DNA of 59,405 nucleotides, filler included, from Pirum gemmata (Eukaryota): NCBI GenBank assembly GCA_002812295.1. It is 11 parts of 11 records of this genome, joined end to end, with 100 filler letters (N's around TTAATTAATTAA, not from the genome) between each part and the next. Parts side by side here need not be neighbours in the genome. Positions count along the whole stretch, not along the records: positions 1 to 5,324 come from PDIN01000600.1; positions 5,425 to 10,741 come from PDIN01000601.1; positions 10,842 to 16,142 come from PDIN01000602.1; 8 more parts are not named here. One strand, 5' to 3'. Shown piece by piece: positions 1 to 12,036 of this stretch (position 1 is its first letter; each line of letters starts with the position of its first letter). The notes under the pieces were generated by a model. It saw only the letters and a program-made list of their open reading frames with translations, ran no database searches and was not told where the DNA came from. The position numbers and the translations under genes were made by a program.

Positions 1-507
1 TATTAAAAGTATCATCTCCTCATTCTTTTTACATAATTCATCACTTCTGTTTAAAAAACGAGCTCGAGAATACTTCTTTTCTTTTTCTGTAAGACCAGTT
101 TTCTTTTCCTTGTGTGTTTCGTGTTACAATGTGGTTCGCTGTGGTTAGGTTCATAATATTATGTGAAACCCATATACCACAATAACCCCTAACGCTAATA
201 ACCCTAATATAAGTTATAACCTACTCTAGCCCTAGATATTAATACAAATTTCTATAATTAGTTTTTAAAAAAAATATAAAATTATATATATTATATACAT
301 ATATTTTGTGGGGTTTTAAGTGGTTTATAATAATGTTATGATCAAATGGTCAGAAAATCAGATAGTAGTATTGCCTTTCAATGGTAGAAAAGAAAAGGAA
401 TAAATTAATTGTATACGTAGTTGAAGTTGGATTAAAATACTATTGATAATGCTATGACAATAGAATCAGCTATCAGCTATAGAGTCTATTAAATCTTTAT
501 CGCTAAC

Positions 508-600
508 TAGCCAAATTATTATTAAAAACTTGCAATTGGTCCATAATAGAGTTTTTAAAGAGTTTTTATTAACACTATTCTGAAATTTTGATAGTACTTA
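508..600 (+). repeat. Dispersed repeat beginning TAGCCAAATTATTATTAAAAAC
   Basis: Similar sequence at ~13369-13445 and ~18098, and reverse-complemented at ~3718-3765. Confidence 0.6.
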
Positions 601-656
601 CTGGAGGATTTTATTAAGATTTCGTCAGATTTTGAGCTGGAGATTTTGAGTTTTAT

Positions 657-700
657 CAAGGACTTCAAATTTCAAAAGGTTCTTTTTTTGAAGTCCTTGG
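657..700. repeat. Short hairpin element CCAAGGACTTC...GAAGTCCTTGG (family E)
   Basis: Inverted arms seen directly. Further copies at 25931-25960 (perfect 14-bp arms), ~34852-34896, ~38230-38269, ~38344-38382, 42126-42155 and ~42166-42202. Confidence 0.85.
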
Positions 701-1143
701 TTTTATAGATGTAGACTGTAGTAGCTAGCTTTTCAAACTCTTTTCAAGGAGTCCAAAATTTTTTTTGAATAATAATTTCTCTTTATTATAAATAAATATC
801 GATATATAAAAATAGACTTGGCTGTGGGTGGTACTGGTGGTACCCTCTATTAAACTAATATCACAACGGTATGATTATGTCATACCGACTCATACGATAA
901 AAAAAAAATTTTATAAACTAGCTAGTCTATGATTGTCTATCTATCATTGCAAAACCCTCCAGAAGCAAAATCTTATCTAGACTACTATCATACTAGCTAG
1001 CTAGCTAGCTATGATAGTAGCATAAATTGCTGCATAATAATATCATAATGATAATTATGATATCATACTATCGAGATGCTATCGATACTAGTTGTTAGCT
1101 ACTAGCTACTAGCAGGAGGGATGACAGCTAGAAGAGTCCTCTA

Positions 1144-1350
1144 AGTAAATGACCCCTTAAATTGGCTTCCCAATTAAATAAATTGTAAACCATAAATAGT
1201 TAAATAATTTGCTTTTTTTGGAATAGTCTTAGTAAAGTAACTTGAGTTACTTTAAAATTGTAGTTTATTTTTTACTATAAATAGTAAGTCGCAGCATGCA
1301 GGGGAAAATGAAAATTTCAGAGTCATATTGGCGGGGCGTCACCCTTCCTC
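1144..1350. mobile_element. ~210-bp non-autonomous element (family D), imperfect terminal inverted repeats
   Basis: Colinear with 22748-22980 on another contig, from AGTAAATG(A/C)CCCCTTAAATTGG to GGGG(C/T)GTCACCCTTCCT. Confidence 0.75.
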
Positions 1351-3075
1351 TATAGAGTAGTGTAGACTCTACACAATTTTTGAGAAGAAGGTGCCACAGA
1401 AAAACTGCCTAAAAACTGTGTATAGAATCTATAGATTGACTGGTTCTTGCCGGTTCTGTGGGAAAAAAAAAACGTTTCCTCAGACTCCTAGCTACAGTTT
1501 GGCCTTTACTTTCGTTTCCTCAGTTTAATAATAAATATATTATCATGCATATGATCAATACTCAGATATTTTAATTATGATAAAACATTATGCATGTAAA
1601 CAATTATACATAATATCTTGTGTTTGTAATTTATGAATTAATTGAATTTTGAATTTTTCGTAATTATATTATAGTTAGTTTTTGATTGATTATAATATTT
1701 TAATTAGAAGAACATACTATTATTTTAAATAACATTATAACTAATATTAATATTTAATTATAATTATTATAAAAAACAATAAAACAGTATATTAATATTA
1801 TTATATAATAATATGTGCGCCTGCATATTCGAAGGAAAGTGCGAATGTCTTAAGAGTTAGGGTAGAGTTAAGGCCTAGGTAGTAACGTTAGGTCATTTTA
1901 TTTATAATAATAATTAGCTAATTAGATATAATATAATTGTATAATATAGTTTTAACATTAATATTGATTTAATATTATAGATAATAAGTAGAACTAATCA
2001 GCATGAATTTAAAATTAATAATAATATTATAATATTATATTATACTCTACTAATTCTTTTTTATGAAAATAGTACAAAAGTGCCAGATTTCGCACAATCA
2101 TGAGAACTGTAATAGTTACTACTAGCTAGTATTCATATGTCATAGTAAAACTGTGTCGTAGAGTCGTAGTAGTTCTCATGATTTGTACATTTCATACGTT
2201 ATTAAATCATGAAGTGAGCATTTTTCACAACAAAAACCTTTTTTTTTTTCTGGTTAGGAAAGGTTATTAGACCAAACACAGAGGCCAAACACTGGCCAAA
2301 CAGCCATTTTTGTGATGTATCATGATTTTTCTCTAATGGATTTGCTCTAAAAGGTCTAAAAGTGGTTTTCCATTTCTTTTTTTTGTTTGCTCGAGGGTAT
2401 GGTCCGTATGGAGCAGAGTTAAAAATAGCCTTCAATTTATATCTCATCCGAATTGAAAGCATAATTTATATTTTTTTTTTTTATCGATTATTAGTTAAAC
2501 ATGAGAATAATAGTAATAAAAGTAATACTATATATAAAAGTTTAGTATATATATTTATGAAGGTGTAAAGGATATTATATAAAATATTATAATAATATGA
2601 TAATATTATTATAATAATATAACATGATAATACTATAATAATAATTATTCAGTTTTTTTTTTTTTTTTTTTTGGGGGTGGACTAAAAATAGACTTTGATT
2701 TGAATTTCATCCGAATTGAAAGCATAATTGGTCATTTTATATCGATAACATGAGAGAATGATGAGACTAATAACAGAGTTACAGAGTCTGACTGTCTGAG
2801 TGCCTCAGAAGAGTGCCTGGTGCTCACAGTAATATTTTAAAAAGTATCCATATATGGAGGTATATATGATATAATTATATACCAGTAATAGCTCCAGTAA
2901 TTCAGTCTTTCTAAAGAAATTTGAAATATATGTGTAAGTATAACTTATACATAGACTATATAAAAGTAGAAGCCAAGGAGAGTGATACCCCACTATCGTA
3001 TGAGTAGTATTGAGTCTACTATCGATAGTAGCCTATTAGTAGGTAGTGCAATATGTAAATAGACTAGTCTATATC

Positions 3076-3256
3076 GTGCTTTTCATTTACTTTGTCACTC
3101 TGAATATTTATTTGGAGGGTTATAATCTTTAAATTGACATTTTTAAATCAATAAATATATAGTAAAATATACCAAATTAAATTAAATGGATTTATATTGT
3201 ATTAATTTGGTACAATTAATTGTATATTTTGTGATGACAAGAAAACTGAAAAGCAC
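3076..3256 (+). mobile_element. MITE family A (~180 bp, TIR GTGCTTTTCA...TGAAAAGCAC)
   Basis: Perfect 10-bp TIR plus subterminal TGTCA/TGACA. More than 10 copies in the window in both orientations. Confidence 0.9.
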
Positions 3257-3295
3257 TAGCTAGACTATACTACTTTATATACATAGAGTAGTATC

Positions 3296-3476
3296 GTGCT
3301 TTTCATTTATTTTGTTACTCTAAATATTTATTTGGAGGGTTATAATCTTTAAATTGACATTTTTTAAATCAATAAATAGATAATAAAATATACCTAATTA
3401 AATTAAATGGATTTATATTGTATTAATTTGGTACTATTTATTGTATATTTATGATGACAAAACAACTGAAAAGCAC
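3296..3476 (+). mobile_element. MITE family A, second adjacent full copy
   Basis: Near-identical to 3076-3256 with both TIRs. Confidence 0.9.
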
Positions 3477-5214
3477 TAGTCTAGTCTAGACTATATAGAC
3501 CGTCTAGTCTATCGACTACATATCGTTCTACCCAGGTTCTCACCCTAGCTAGAGCCTGTATATATTATAATGGCGACTAGATAATGGCGACATCCGTATG
3601 GGTTCAAACTTCAAAATCCAAAAAATCACAAAATGATCCAATTTTAAAATGAAAGTACTATGATAGAAATCTTCTATCTAAGAAAACTCTATTTTAAAAT
3701 TTAGTATGAACCAAATGAACCAAATGGTTAGCTTTTAATTAAAAAGATAATTTGGCTAGTTAGCATTTAAAATTCAAAGGTATTATTTCTACAGTTTTAT
3801 TCGGCTTTGGCTGCTCAAAAAAAAAAAAAAAAAAAAAAACCCCCCAAAAAAAAAAAAAAAAAAAAAAACTCCTCAGAAAAAAAAAAATATTCACAATTTC
3901 ACACATTGGCTTTTAAAGGCCAAAGCGGTGCTGCAAACTTGCAAAGCGGAGTTCCCGTGCGAGACCTAATGGTTGGGTTGCATGGTGATCATACAAAACT
4001 ATAATTACTATAAATGGTTCATTCAGTTTCATTCATTACCGTAACTTCAGTCTTCAGACTCTCAGTTTCTCTTTTCTAGACTATACTAAATTCCTGCCTA
4101 ATAGTGGCTGAGATGCTAGCTAGCTCTACTACTAGTGGTTTCTGAGAGTAGGCTCAGTGTAGTCAGAGTGTAGGCTCAATGGCTCATTCTACCCAAAGAG
4201 ACACCACCCATAATTTTTTTTTATAAAAAAAAAAATTACAAGTGAATTATGAAACTGGTCGAGACGTCGAGCTGACGTCGAGTTGTCTAACTAATATGCT
4301 AATACTTCAATGTTGTCTAATAACCCTCGTCTAATAACCGTCTAATACAGTTGTCTAATAGGGTCTTTGAAAGCCACAGTCTACCAATAATAGCTCCACG
4401 TTCCAGCACCCAAACTAAGCACCTTCTTTCCTACTTCTAGCTATCAACTGAAATATTATAAATAACCAAATAAATATACAGCTAAAAATATGATACTTGA
4501 AAATACTTTTAAAAAAAGTTGTTTAGCTAAGCTCTAGCTAGCTAGTATAATTATATAGCTCAGCCAGCTGCTCAGTGCTCAGCCTCTCTCTACTCTCTAG
4601 CTAGAGCTAGACTAACTAACTCTATAGAGCTATTTATTACGTTTTTCCTAGGCGTGTTTGTCCGGTATGTGTGTAGTTGAATCCATGAGACCTTAGTACC
4701 CCTCATGGTAGTTCGTAAGGTTTTCCAATAAGGGTGAAAACTGAAATAAACGTATTATCACGTATAAAAACTATCAGACATGTTTTGCCTATGTTCGAAA
4801 ATGTGTAGTTTGACTTTTGTTGGAAATTCTTGGAACAATATAATATTATTATGATACTATATAATATAATATTGACATTGAAAATGTCTCTATAGCTCAG
4901 TAGTAGCTCTTGGATATAATTAGGTAGCTAGAGCCTAGCTAACTATGATAGCTATCGATAGTTTTACCTTGTGGGTGTGGGTCATGTAGTTAGACATGTA
5001 GTAGTTAAATTTACTAATAATTTTTTACCTATCACAATACTAACTAATATTAATATAAATAGCTATGATATCAGATACAGTAGCTATAGTGTGGACTGTG
5101 TAGGCTGTGTATCATATCGATAATATTATCATAGCATGTATTTTGAAATAGCTAACCTAATTTACCCATAATTTCGGCTCATTTAGTGATGCTCTTTTCG
5201 TCTTTTTAGCTATA

Positions 5215-5324
5215 GTGCTTTTTCAGTTGTTTTGTCATCATGAAATATAGAACAAATAGTACCAAATTAATACAATATAAATCCATTTCATTTAATTTGG
5301 TATATTTTATTATTTATTTAATTG
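5215..5324 (-). mobile_element. MITE family A, reverse copy truncated by contig end
   Basis: GTGCTTTTTCAGTTGTTTTGTCATCA is the reverse complement of the family A right end. Confidence 0.85.
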
Positions 5325-5424
5325 NNNNNNNNNNNNNNNNNNNNNNNNNNNNNNNNNNNNNNNNNNNNTTAATTAATTAANNNNNNNNNNNNNNNNNNNN
5401 NNNNNNNNNNNNNNNNNNNNNNNN
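5325..5424. other. Artificial contig-joining spacer (N44-TTAATTAATTAA-N44); identical spacers at 10742, 16143, 21503, 26919, 32345, 37712, 43147, 48527 and 53923
   Basis: Ten identical 100-bp spacers about every 5.4 kb. TTAATTAATTAA puts stops in all six frames and is a known pseudomolecule linker. Confidence 0.97.
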
Positions 5425-5507
5425 AATAATAACAATAATAATAATATTAATAATATTAATAATGACTAATAATGATTATTATAATAGATAATAAATAAAT
5501 ATAATAC

Positions 5508-5715
5508 TTGTTTGGTTTGTAGTAAATCCGAAATCTTGGACCATAAAAGCTACGAAAGGGAATAGTAATGTAATGGTAAACGCTTCAACGCCCAGGCACA
5601 ATAACGTGACTGTAAGTTTTTTATAAGGCAAAGGCGTGGGTTTTTGTAAATTTTCATAAACATTTTCAGCTGAAAAGTTCAATTTCCTATTATGATACAT
5701 CTTTTTAATACCCAT
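5508..5715 (-). CDS. First exon of an MFS transporter, zinc-induced-facilitator-like / yeast YCR023C-like; remainder off contig
   Basis: KPTPLPYKKLTVTLLCLGVEAFTITLLFPFVAFMVQDFG shows the TPLP...(L/I)FPF..FMV.DF TM1 signature of this MFS subfamily. It is followed by a GT donor at 5507. The start Met is uncertain. Confidence 0.8.
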
Positions 5716-6043
5716 GTTACATATTCTTATTTTCAAACCTTTTTAATATATTATTTTTAAAAAAAACAAAAACAAAATGCAACAATAACACTTCAAGCTT
5801 ATCACTAATACTAATAATGAATATATAATCAAGAAATAATAGTGAGTCCTAAGTTACCGGGATTAAGTTGGGGGGCTTGGCTGGGGCTTGGTTTGGGTTG
5901 GTTTTGGAATTAGCAATTATTGTTAGCTTGCTTTTTCTAGTTTTAATAATTTGAAAATTTTAAATATAGTTAATAATTAAAAACTAACAGAGAACAATGA
6001 TAACGCGAGAATCTTTACGATTAATTAATTATTATCATTATAA

Positions 6044-6077
<34 letters not shown>

Positions 6078-6089
6078 ATTGTTATTGTT

Positions 6090-6125
<36 letters not shown>

Positions 6126-7906
6126 TAATCTACCTTTATTATCGATACCTTTCATTATATATATCGGAAAATTTACAAAACTACTACGTAAATTTTAATT
6201 CGGTAATTATTATTTTATTTTTAAACATAAATTGATATATACCGTATATAAATATCTGATATAATAATATTATGTATACTTTATGTATATAGAATATATA
6301 ATTATGATGTTGTTTTTTTTTTTTATGATATGATAACTTAAAAAAAAAATTAAAAAAAAAAAAAAAGTCAGAAAAAAGTTTTGAGAAAAAAGTCTTTTTT
6401 TAGGTCTTTTTTTCAACTTTTTTTTCAGCTTTTTCAAGACCTGATAAAATACCATACAATAACGAAAAGTATCAAATTAATCCAATTTAAACCCATTTTA
6501 TTTAATTTGGTCTATTTTATGTATAATTATTAATATTAAAAAAAGTCAATTTTAAACATTAAAAATACCAAATAAACAAATTGAGTGCTATTTTTTAATA
6601 ATAACATCCAATAAAAATCATGCATGAATTTGTCTGCTGATAGTTTACCAGATAGTTTACCTCGATAGTTTCTAGTCTACCAGGCACTGGGCAGTTTTTT
6701 AATAGTTAGACATGACACACACCCCCCAAAATTAGAAAGTAGTCTAGTCTATCTTCAAGTTGTCTACTAGAGACTAGACTATCAAGAGTCTACAGACTCT
6801 ACACCACTGGTCTACACAGAGTCACAGACTACACTCTACAGCCAGACTCTACAGCCCTACAGCCTACAGCCGCCTACAGGTACCTAGCTAGCTACAGGTA
6901 TTATCTAGCTAGACTAGACCTACTAGAGCTAGCTAGCTAGCTAGTAGCGAGATCATAAATAAATATGATAGTTTACGACTCTACAGGGACTATACAGGAT
7001 ACAAGGTTTACACTGACAGGCCTTTTATAGTACAGTTAGTTAGTAGTCTACCCCAGTCACCAGATTTATTACAAGGATTTATCATAATATTATTTATTAT
7101 TATATTATAATATATATGATATTAATTAAATAAGTTACTTCAACCCCTATTATCTGGCAGCTAGCTAGTAGCTAGTCTACAACAAAAAATCACAAGTATA
7201 TTTACAAGACAATAATATTAATTAATTAAAAGTATATTAAAACACCCAAAAACAAAGGAGGCATCAACATGATCAATCTCTTTTAACAAGGAGAAGCGCC
7301 AACCTTATTAAAAATTTCAACCTTATAATTAATTAACACAATGTCATCTTCACATACAATACAAACAACAACCACACCAAATCTTGCTGGTCACATTAAT
7401 ATCGCTTCCCCAGCAACTAACTACAATTGCAACTTACTCACAAACCGATCACATCATAACTACAATCAAAACCTCACAATAGATATATTAATAATAACAA
7501 TATAATATTAAAACAACACAACCAACGTTAACAATAATTATAAATTATTATTAATATAATACCAACATGGATAATTTGCACAATAGAAACCCTTCACGTA
7601 CAAAACATGATTCCAATACAAAACAACCCAGAACGATACAACCATCAAAATAACAACAACAACAAGTTTAAACTACGAATTTTATGATTTTTAAAACAAA
7701 ACATCTTCATTAATTAACCCATTAATATTAATACAACAACAATATATTATAATAAAGATATATGTAAAAAAGAAACAACAAAAACATTAATATTAATAGA
7801 AATATGCCCAAGGTCCAAACCACATAGTTGGAATCTAAAAATGATCATGACAAACAGTAGTATAAAAAACATAAAAGAAAATCACAACTAAACCACTAAA
7901 CAACAA

Positions 7907-8010
7907 AAACAACTAAACAACTAAACAACTAAACAACTAAACAACTAAACAACTAAACAACTAAACAACTAAACAACTAAACAACTACTAAACAACTAAA
8001 CAACTAAAAT
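7907..8010 (+). repeat. 8-bp tandem repeat (AAACAACT)n
   Basis: About 12 copies seen directly. Confidence 0.9.
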
Positions 8011-8027
8011 TTTGTTCTTTCTGTACA

Positions 8028-8206
8028 TGTGGATTTGACTGTCCGACCGAAATGCCTTGTTGGGCATGACCGAAAACCCTGCCACAACTAAACAACTAAA
8101 CAACTAAACAACATAAAAACAACTAAAATTCTGTTCTTAATTAAAAAGTCTGTGGATTTGACTGTCCGACCGAAATGACTTGTTGGACATGACCGAAAAC
8201 CCCGCA
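8028..8206. repeat. Two copies of a ~58-bp GC-richer motif TGTGGATTTGACTGTCCGACCGAAATG...ATGACCGAAAACCC
   Basis: Copies at ~8028-8086 and ~8151-8206, separated by AAACAACT repeats. Confidence 0.85.
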
Positions 8207-8607
8207 ACTTGACCTTCGAGTCTAGCTAGCTTAGTAGCTATCGATAGCTAGACGGTCTAGCTAGACGGGCCTAGACCACCTGCACCACACAAACTACGCA
8301 CCATGTAGACCGTGGTCTAAACCCAAAAAAAGACAAAAATCTGATCTACGTACTCGATGAGTGACATCATGAGTCTCGATCTACCAAGGTAGGAGCAGGC
8401 TCAGGCTCGCTTAGAAAGGTAGGCAGAGTCTTGGCAGAGTCCTGGCAGCTGTCCTGGCAGACTATAGACTGGAGTCTTAGTAATAGAAATAATTCCGCTC
8501 GAAGTTACAATTTTGTTTTCGAATTGTTTTTGAGCTTGTCCTTTATTTATTTATTTCAAAATTGACGCTTCAAGACTGTTTCAAGCGTCAATTTTGAAAT
8601 GGGTGAT

Positions 8608-8772
8608 TTACCAGAAAAGATCACAGATTGTGTGCTTCTGATGGAAAAACTTACGATCACTTAAGTTCTTTAAGAAAAGAATGTGTTGATACTAAGTAAT
8701 CGTTAAAACTTGATCACGTATTAAAGACCATGTGAGTACTTGGAAGGAAAAATTTGTAGGATTAAGACGGAG
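8608..8772 (+). pseudogene. Possible decayed Kazal-domain fragment
   Basis: One frame reads HRLCASDGKTYDHLSSLRKECVDTK*SLKLDH, then PCEY after a frameshift. CASDGKTY is the Kazal core motif. A stop and a frameshift are present. Confidence 0.35.
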
Positions 8773-9344
8773 GTTATTTTATGCCTGTTTTGGCGCTGAC
8801 AAGTGACAACGGGTGTAAGATTGTGCGTAGTGCTTGTTTTGGCGCTGTCAAGGCTCTTAGAACAGTTAACTAAATGATTGTAGAAAATTTATTAAATATT
8901 AATGTATTAATATCTTATAAAGTATTCTTTTGTTATTAATCAATCAAAAAAACATTAAAAAATTTATTATTTGGTTATTGTAAACTATATATCAAAAACA
9001 TGTATTTTAATAAATATCGAAAATTTTAAAGCAAATATCAGATTTTTTTCGATCAGCGTTTGTTAATCTTTTATTTCGAAATGAGAATCTTCGAATCAGT
9101 GTTTGTTGATTTTTTTTATTTCGAATCGAGAATATTCGAATCGGGGGTTTGCCACTGGGTTTGCCGATGTTTCCAATCGGGAATCTGTAAATCGGATTTG
9201 TTGATTTTTTTGAATTGAATTAGGGCTCGCGGCCATAGTAAATTCAAACATTCGATTTTTTTGAAAATTGAAAAGTAATAATAAAGATATTTCTAGATAC
9301 TAGACTAGTTCTCGATATGTCTTCAATTTTTAGCGAACATTAAC

Positions 9345-9965
9345 AAAAATATCGTTCGATATAGATTTTTTTATCGACGTTTTTTTTTTCCAGAATGATT
9401 GATTTTTGAACGTCAACATTTAAAGCTTTCAAGTTTCAAAGTGAGAACTCCGAACAACAACCCACTTATTAGCACTTATTAGCAAATATCGATATAGATG
9501 TTTCTATCGAAGATTTTTTTTTTTTTTTAGTATTGAATTTTTCGATAAATGAACGTCGACATTTAAAGCTTTCAAGTTTCAAGTTTCATAGCCTCAAAGG
9601 GGTAACTTCGAAGCGAGAACTCCGAACTACAACCCACTTATTAATATATATTTCGATAATTATCGATTTTTTTTAATATTGAATTTTTCGATAAATGAAC
9701 GTCAACATTTAAAGATTTCAAGTTTAAGTTTCAAAGCCTCAAAGGTGAAACTTCAAAGTGAGAACTCTAAACAACCGCTCACTTTTTACCAGCAAATATC
9801 GATATAGATTTTCTATCGAAGATTTTTTTTCGATAATTACCAATTTTTTTTAATATTGAATTTTTCGATAAATGAACGTCAACATTTAAAGCTTTCAAGT
9901 TTCAAGTTTCAAAGCCTCGAAGGTGAAAGTTCAAAGGGAGAACTCCGGACTACAGCCCACTTGTT
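9345..9965 (+). repeat. Degenerate tandem repeat, ~130-180-bp units, about 4 copies
   Basis: Recurrent GAACGTCAACATTTAAAGCTTTCAAGTTTCA...GAGAACTCCGAAC...CCCACTT at ~9408, 9551, 9697 and 9874. Confidence 0.85.
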
Positions 9966-10514
9966 ACAAGCTACTAGCTAGGCAGAGCGAAGTTCAATAT
10001 TCGAAGTAGTTACTATCGATTAATATCGAAAATCTCAAAACAATTATCGATCTATCGATATCATTTCGATTAAGTTTTTATTTTTTATATGATATTTATA
10101 AAAAAAAAAAAAACATCAATGTAAAAAATATATATTGAAAATAAAAACTAAACTAGGCTCGACTTTTCATTTTAAATGTAAGCATTTCGAGTTGGAGAGT
10201 TACTCTTCTTTCTTTTCTAAAAATTTCAGAAACTAAAAACTGAACGAGGCTGGAATTTTCGTTTTAAACGTAAATATTTCGAGTTGGAGTTACTCTTCTT
10301 TCTTTTCTAATAATTTCACCTTCGTTGACACTTGCTAGCCTTCCTTTACGCTTATGACCACGGGGCCGTTTATCTTCTTGGAATTCACTCTTTTTTGGTA
10401 TTGATTTTCCTTTTTTTGGTTATTATTATTATTATTTTAGTTTTTTTGGTTTTTAGGTTTTTTGACTTTTTGGGTTTTTTGGTTTTTTGGTTTTTTGATT
10501 TTTTGATTTTTTGG

Positions 10515-10741
10515 ATAGGGGTAAGGATAGGGCTATAATCATTGGATGGGTTATTGGTAAGGATAGATTATAGGGGTTAAGGTTAGGGGTAGGGGCAGGG
10601 TTAGGGTTAGGGTTAGGGTAAGGGTAAGGGTTAGGGTCAGGGTTAGGGTTAGGTTAGGGTTTAGGGTTAGGGTTAAGGTTAGGGTTAGGGTTAGGGTTAG
10701 GGTTAGGGTTAGGATTAGTTAGGGTTAGGGTTAGGGTTAGG
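10515..10741 (+). repeat. Telomeric-type (TTAGGG)n array grading from degenerate to pure at the contig end
   Basis: Seen directly. The orientation is compatible with a right chromosome end, but similar arrays are also internal elsewhere in the window. Confidence 0.9.
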
Positions 10742-11039
10742 NNNNNNNNNNNNNNNNNNNNNNNNNNNNNNNNNNNNNNNNNNNNTTAATTAATTAANNN
10801 NNNNNNNNNNNNNNNNNNNNNNNNNNNNNNNNNNNNNNNNNAGCTTTAAATAGTAAATCTAATTATAGTAGATACCAATTAAAGTAATAGTAATAAAACC
10901 ATAAAAATCGGAAAAGTTCTGGCAGCTGTTCGGTAATAATAAAATGACGTCATCTCACCCCTACTCGTTCAACAACAGCAATGCAATGATCAAAATAAAA
11001 TCTACATAATCCAAAAGAATAATAGAAAGAATGGTTTTT

Positions 11040-11192
11040 ATTACCATTAATGTGAATATTATTCCTTTAATTGGTATCTACTATAATTATATTTACTATT
11101 TTAAGCTATTTAACTGCTATTATTAGTAAGAAACACGGAACTAAGGTTGACTTGATAAGCATCTGTTCGAAAAAAGTTCCAGTAGATATCTC
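11040..11192 (-). mobile_element. MITE family B, partial inverted copy
   Basis: Reverse complement of ~11236-11390. Another partial copy lies at 10842-10966. Confidence 0.85.
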
Positions 11193-11226
11193 GATGTTAT
11201 TATTTTTTTTACTGCGGGATAAAAAC

Positions 11227-11459
11227 AGTAGGGGTGAGATATCTACTGGAACTTTTTTCGAACAGATGCTTATCGAGCCAACCTTAGTTCCGTGTTCTTT
11301 ACTAATAATAGCAGTTAAATATCTTTAAATAGTAAATTAATTAAAGTAGTTACCAATTAAAGTAATAATATTAACATTTTAATAGTAATAAAACCATGAA
11401 ATCGAAAAAGTTCCGGCAGCTGTTCGGTAATAATAAAATGACGTCATCTCACCCCTACT
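11227..11459 (+). mobile_element. MITE family B (~230 bp, AGTAGGGGTGAGAT...ATCTCACCCCTACT)
   Basis: Perfect 14-bp inverted ends and a subterminal ATGACGTCAT palindrome. Copies at 15511-15723 and ~49105-49333. Confidence 0.9.
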
Positions 11460-12036
11460 ATAAAAACTCCAAGGGATATCAATAAAATTCATAAAAAAAT
11501 GAAAAAAAAACTATGAAGAAATGATCCAATTTTAATTAATAATAAATAGCTCAAATGTTAGCATATTTCAAGCCAAACAAGTTTTTAATATATAATAATA
11601 ATAGTAAAATTGACACCTTTTAGTGTTTTATGATTCAAAATAGCATTGAAGTTTTGTTAAAATTTGTGCGAGTGAGCAGCTAAAAAGTATGATACATTAC
11701 ATAGTTGTTTGTTGATTGGTTTCATATCAATAAGTTACTGATTAAATTAGCTATAACTGAGATATTAAAAATTAAATAGACACGTGTATATAAAAAATAT
11801 AAAACTTTTATTATAAAAAAAATTAAGAACAATATCTTGGTTTTAGTAGTTTTAGGGGTTTTTTTGGGAAGTATCAAATTGGAAAGCAAGAGTAAAGAGA
11901 ACATTAAATAATAATTGTAATTTGTTCAGAAGTTTTTAATGCAAAATTCCTGCTCAATTTGCAGAAAGCGTTACTAATTATTGTTGTTGTTTTAAAAACA
12001 TAATGTTATTCCCAAAAAACAAACAACAAAAGAGCA

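Noticed and set aside
5369..5380. Regularly spaced TTAATTAATTAA motif as a biological periodic element
   Set aside because: It always sits in the middle of N runs with identical geometry, so it is an assembly linker.
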